Part shown: piece by piece, positions 61,088 through 64,000 of the stretch | Layout: the number at the start of each line of letters is the position of its first letter | Position numbering within the stretch: the first letter of the stretch is position 1 | Source: Nitrospirota bacterium | GTDB lineage: Bacteria; Nitrospirota; Nitrospiria; Nitrospirales; Nitrospiraceae | DNA length: 64,000 nt | NCBI GenBank assembly: GCA_963701855.1 | Contig: CAVPBK010000004.1 | Span: forward strand, 256,001-320,000 | Direction: 5' to 3' | Notes under the pieces: generated by a model | Database searches by the model: none | What the model was told of the DNA's origin: nothing | What the model saw: only the letters and a program-made list of their open reading frames with translations | Program-made: the position numbers and the translations under genes

Positions 61088-64000
61088 TTCGTCAGCTCCT
61101 CGTGGCGCTTCTCCGCAAGCTTGATGATCTCGACAGCGATTCGTTCGTGCAGGTCGGTGAGCTGCGGAATGTTGGCGAGAAGAATCTCGGTGTCGATGTT
61201 GCCTCGCAGTCTCTTGACTTCAATCGGTTTCTTCCAGAAGTCGATGATCCCGATCGAATTTTGAAGGAGCTCCACAATGCGCAGCATTAATTCCTTCAAT
61301 CGTTGCCGGTCCTGGGAGGGCACATCGCCTTGATCGAAGGCCAGTTGCGTCACGTAATCATAGAACGTCGTCGCTTCCTTGGTCAGCCCTTCGATGGCTT
61401 CCGTGCGCCCTGCTATCGCTTCGGCTCGAAGCTGCTCGTAGCCCTCCGCCAAGGCCTCCCAGTTATCTCTGTGCTCCTGAATGAGTTTTTCCAATTTATC
61501 ACTCAGGCGCTTATAGAAAGCCGGGTCCTCGTCGAAGTGCACTGTGCAATGCTTACGAAGGGCGTGCTCCATCTCGCTAGCTTTGGCCTCGGGATCGCCA
61601 CCGGCGTGCTTTCGTACGTTGGCCATAAAATCAGCAGAGAGCAGTTCAATAGGAGGAATCTTTGGGTTGATGCCGAGGTCAATGAGGTGCTCATTGATAA
61701 GCGCCTTCACCTTGGCGCCAGCATCGGCGAGATCGAGCGAATCGTCCTTGTAGCGCTCCTTCACCATGCGCAAAAGATACCCGAAGCGCCGGGCCGGGCC
61801 TCGATATGAATGTCCCGATTCGTGCGGCAGAATAAGGTTCAAGCTCTGGAGAAACTTCTTCAGATAGACTTCAAAATCCGCTCGGCGCTTGATGTCCTTC
61901 ATGGCGCCAACTGCCGTATGCACCACGGCAACCTCTGCAGCCGGTGTTGTCAGTGTCCCCGTCACAAACGCTTCGATCTCCGTGACTCCGGCTGAACGGA
62001 AGTGTTGCAAGAGCCGCTGGTATCGCTCTTCAAGGATCGGCACTTCCGTGAGCAGATTCTTCAGCCCCTGCTGAATGTCCTGCGCGTCTTCCTCGGCATA
62101 GATGGACAAGGCGTGGGTCAGGTGATTGGCCAGCCCGATATAGTCCACGATGAAACCACGGGACTTGCCCTTCGCCACACGATTCACCCGGGCGATAGCT
62201 TGCAGAAGATTGTGCTCGCGCAAACGCTTATCGATATACATGACCTGTTCAACCGGCGCGTCGAAGCCGGTCAGCAGCATGTCGCAGACAATCAGAAAGG
62301 CGATGCCCGTGAGGTCCTTATCCGGATCATCGAGGTCAAAGGGTTTGCAGAAGTTCTCCACCGCATTCCAGCGCTTCGCCTCCTTGCGGGCCTCCGTGAT
62401 GACCGCAAGTTCATTGGTCGCGTCGGATGACACGACCACCACCGCCTTCAGGAACGCGATACGCCGGATCACGTCTATATTGGGCGTAGGTCTCCGCTTC
62501 TCCCGGTCCAGCCGTTCGGCAAGCGCTGCGCGTATGAATTTTTGATACCGGAGGGCCGCCAGCTTGGAGTGGCATACCACCTGTGCCTTGAAGCCGTCAG
62601 GCAGGATGTTGTCGATATAATGGTCCACTAAATCCCGGGCAATGGCCTCGATGCGCTTTTCTGCTTCAAGGATGTCGCCGCTCGCGCCGTACTTTTTCTT
62701 GATAGCCAGCAATTCTTCCTCCGTGCGCTCCTTGAACAGGTCTTCAAATTTCTGGTCGAAGGCGTGCTTATCCTTGAGTGCGGTGTCCGCAGTGCGGCCT
62801 TCGTAGAGAATCTGAAGCGTCGCGCGGTCATTGACCGCGTCCATCAGCTTGTAGGTATCGATATACTCCCCAAACCGTTTCACCGTTCGCTTCGTACCAT
62901 GCTGCTCGGTAATAAGGGGCGTCCCGGTGAAGGCGATCCTGGTCGCGTTTGGGAAGGCCTCGAATAGGTTGTCACCGAGATCCGAGCTTTGCGTGCGGTG
63001 CGCCTCATCGATCATCAAGAGAATGCGCTCCGACCGGTTCACGATGCCAAAGGTTTCCGCCGCCGGTGGTTTGCCATAATGCGCAAGCGTCTCGGCCACC
63101 ATCAGCGGCAATTCCTCCGTCCGCTCCATGAACTTGTGGACCATCACCATATTCACATCGGAGGCGTCGGTGCTCAGATGTTCCCGGAGTTGGGCAGTAC
63201 TGGCGATGCTGTTCACCTTGCCACCGATCAGGCGAGCGGTAGCGGAAAGCTGCTCTTCGAGGTCGATCCGGTCGTTGACCATCACAATCTTAAAGTCGGC
63301 CAGATCGGCAGAGGCGCGCAACATCCGGGCGACGAACACCATCGTGAGCGATTTGCCGGATCCTTGCGTATGCCAGACCACACCGGATCGCTCCTCCGCC
63401 GTTTTCCCCATGCGCAGCCGTTCGACAATGCGGCAGGCCGCGCGGTATTGCTGGTACCGGCAAACGACTTTTACGCGTTTGCCGTCGTCCGTATCCATGA
63501 ACACCGTGCAGGTGCGCAGCAGATCGAGCAATGTGTCTGGAGCGAGTAGGCCCTGAATCATCTTTTCCTGCTCACGTTCGATCCCAAGCGGCGGCTTGTA
63601 GGAGCGCCGCCCTTCAGGCCAGATGTCTTTCCAGGCATGAAAATGCTCATGACCGGAGGTAATCGTGCCAAATTCTGCTTTCTCCCCACAGGTCCGCACC
63701 AGAAGCACGTTGGAATAGAACAGGCGCGGTTCACCTTCGCGCAATCCAGCGGCAGTCGTCTCCGGACGCGCATTCCTGTAGCGGAGCAATTGCTCGAAGG
63801 CAGCATGCAGCGGGTTGGCGGTATTGGGATCGCCGATCTTCGCCTCGACCACCACCAATGGAATGCCGTTCACAAAGAGGACGATGTCGGGGATGATGCA
63901 GCTCTTTACGCAGCCTGGCGTATCGATGCGGAATTGGTTGATAGCGTGAAACACGTTCCGCTCCGGGTGGGCAAAGTCGATCAACTGCACCACCGGGTCA
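61084..64000 (-). CDS. hsdR: type I restriction enzyme subunit R (5' end outside window)
   Basis: PDIVLFVNGIPLVVVEAK, WHTQGSGKS, IDEAHR, FTGTP, MLLTGFDAP, LLQAIARVNR. Confidence 0.95.
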   Translation of the reverse strand, partial: DPVVQLIDFAHPERNVFHAINQFRIDTPGCVKSCIIPDIVLFVNGIPLVVVEAKIGDPNTANPLHAAFEQLLRYRNARPETTAAGLREGEPRLFYSNVLLVRTCGEKAEFGTITSGHEHFHAWKDIWPEGRRSYKPPLGIEREQEKMIQGLLAPDTLLDLLRTCTVFMDTDDGKRVKVVCRYQQYRAACRIVERLRMGKTAEERSGVVWHTQGSGKSLTMVFVARMLRASADLADFKIVMVNDRIDLEEQLSATARLIGGKVNSIASTAQLREHLSTDASDVNMVMVHKFMERTEELPLMVAETLAHYGKPPAAETFGIVNRSERILLMIDEAHRTQSSDLGDNLFEAFPNATRIAFTGTPLITEQHGTKRTVKRFGEYIDTYKLMDAVNDRATLQILYEGRTADTALKDKHAFDQKFEDLFKERTEEELLAIKKKYGASGDILEAEKRIEAIARDLVDHYIDNILPDGFKAQVVCHSKLAALRYQKFIRAALAERLDREKRRPTPNIDVIRRIAFLKAVVVVSSDATNELAVITEARKEAKRWNAVENFCKPFDLDDPDKDLTGIAFLIVCDMLLTGFDAPVEQVMYIDKRLREHNLLQAIARVNRVAKGKSRGFIVDYIGLANHLTHALSIYAEEDAQDIQQGLKNLLTEVPILEERYQRLLQHFRSAGVTEIEAFVTGTLTTPAAEVAVVHTAVGAMKDIKRRADFEVYLKKFLQSLNLILPHESGHSYRGPARRFGYLLRMVKERYKDDSLDLADAGAKVKALINEHLIDLGINPKIPPIELLSADFMANVRKHAGGDPEAKASEMEHALRKHCTVHFDEDPAFYKRLSDKLEKLIQEHRDNWEALAEGYEQLRAEAIAGRTEAIEGLTKEATTFYDYVTQLAFDQGDVPSQDRQRLKELMLRIVELLQNSIGIIDFWKKPIEVKRLRGNIDTEILLANIPQLTDLHERIAVEIIKLAEKRHEELTK

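Overview
Bacterial chromosomal window, most likely from a Nitrospira-like organism. This is an inference from a Pup protein ending in GGE, SmbP, and the style of the small proteins and repeats; it was not verified. (1) 1-24.9 kb is an accessory, decaying region. It holds a partly broken tkt-tal-pgm cluster, a LexA/CI-like repressor that appears non-cleavable, many small stress-type proteins (DUF2945, DUF1328, CsbD-like, Zn-ribbon paralogs), and an orphan RRE (PqqD-like) gene coupled to a 47-aa RiPP-precursor-like peptide missing from the ORF track. It also has an ExeA-like ATPase and about eight same-strand thermonuclease gene fragments interleaved with unrelated cargo genes. (2) 25-38.2 kb has a multistep phosphorelay/c-di-GMP cluster, YqeY, MFS, glutathione peroxidase, htpX, a cupredoxin and squalene synthase. 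(3) 38.2-42.5 kb is an islet with a uvrA 3' remnant, a DUF1566 protein, and a WYL regulator followed by a coupled SurE-like phosphatase and PD-(D/E)XK nuclease. Two palindromic TGAC-N7-GTCA operators here each sit exactly 10 nt from a TAnnnT -10 box (PafBC-type geometry); this is the best candidate for an undescribed defence/stress system. (4) 42.5-59.5 kb is mostly housekeeping: yqgE, C-N hydrolase, smbP, sulfurtransferase, deacetylase, pepF, Fur-boxed bfd, rel, recJ, pup and hppA. (5) 59.7-64 kb is the tail of a type I R-M locus (hsdR, M48/YgjP, hypothetical). No rRNA, complete tRNA, CRISPR array or intact transposase was seen. Several MITE-like repeats are present.
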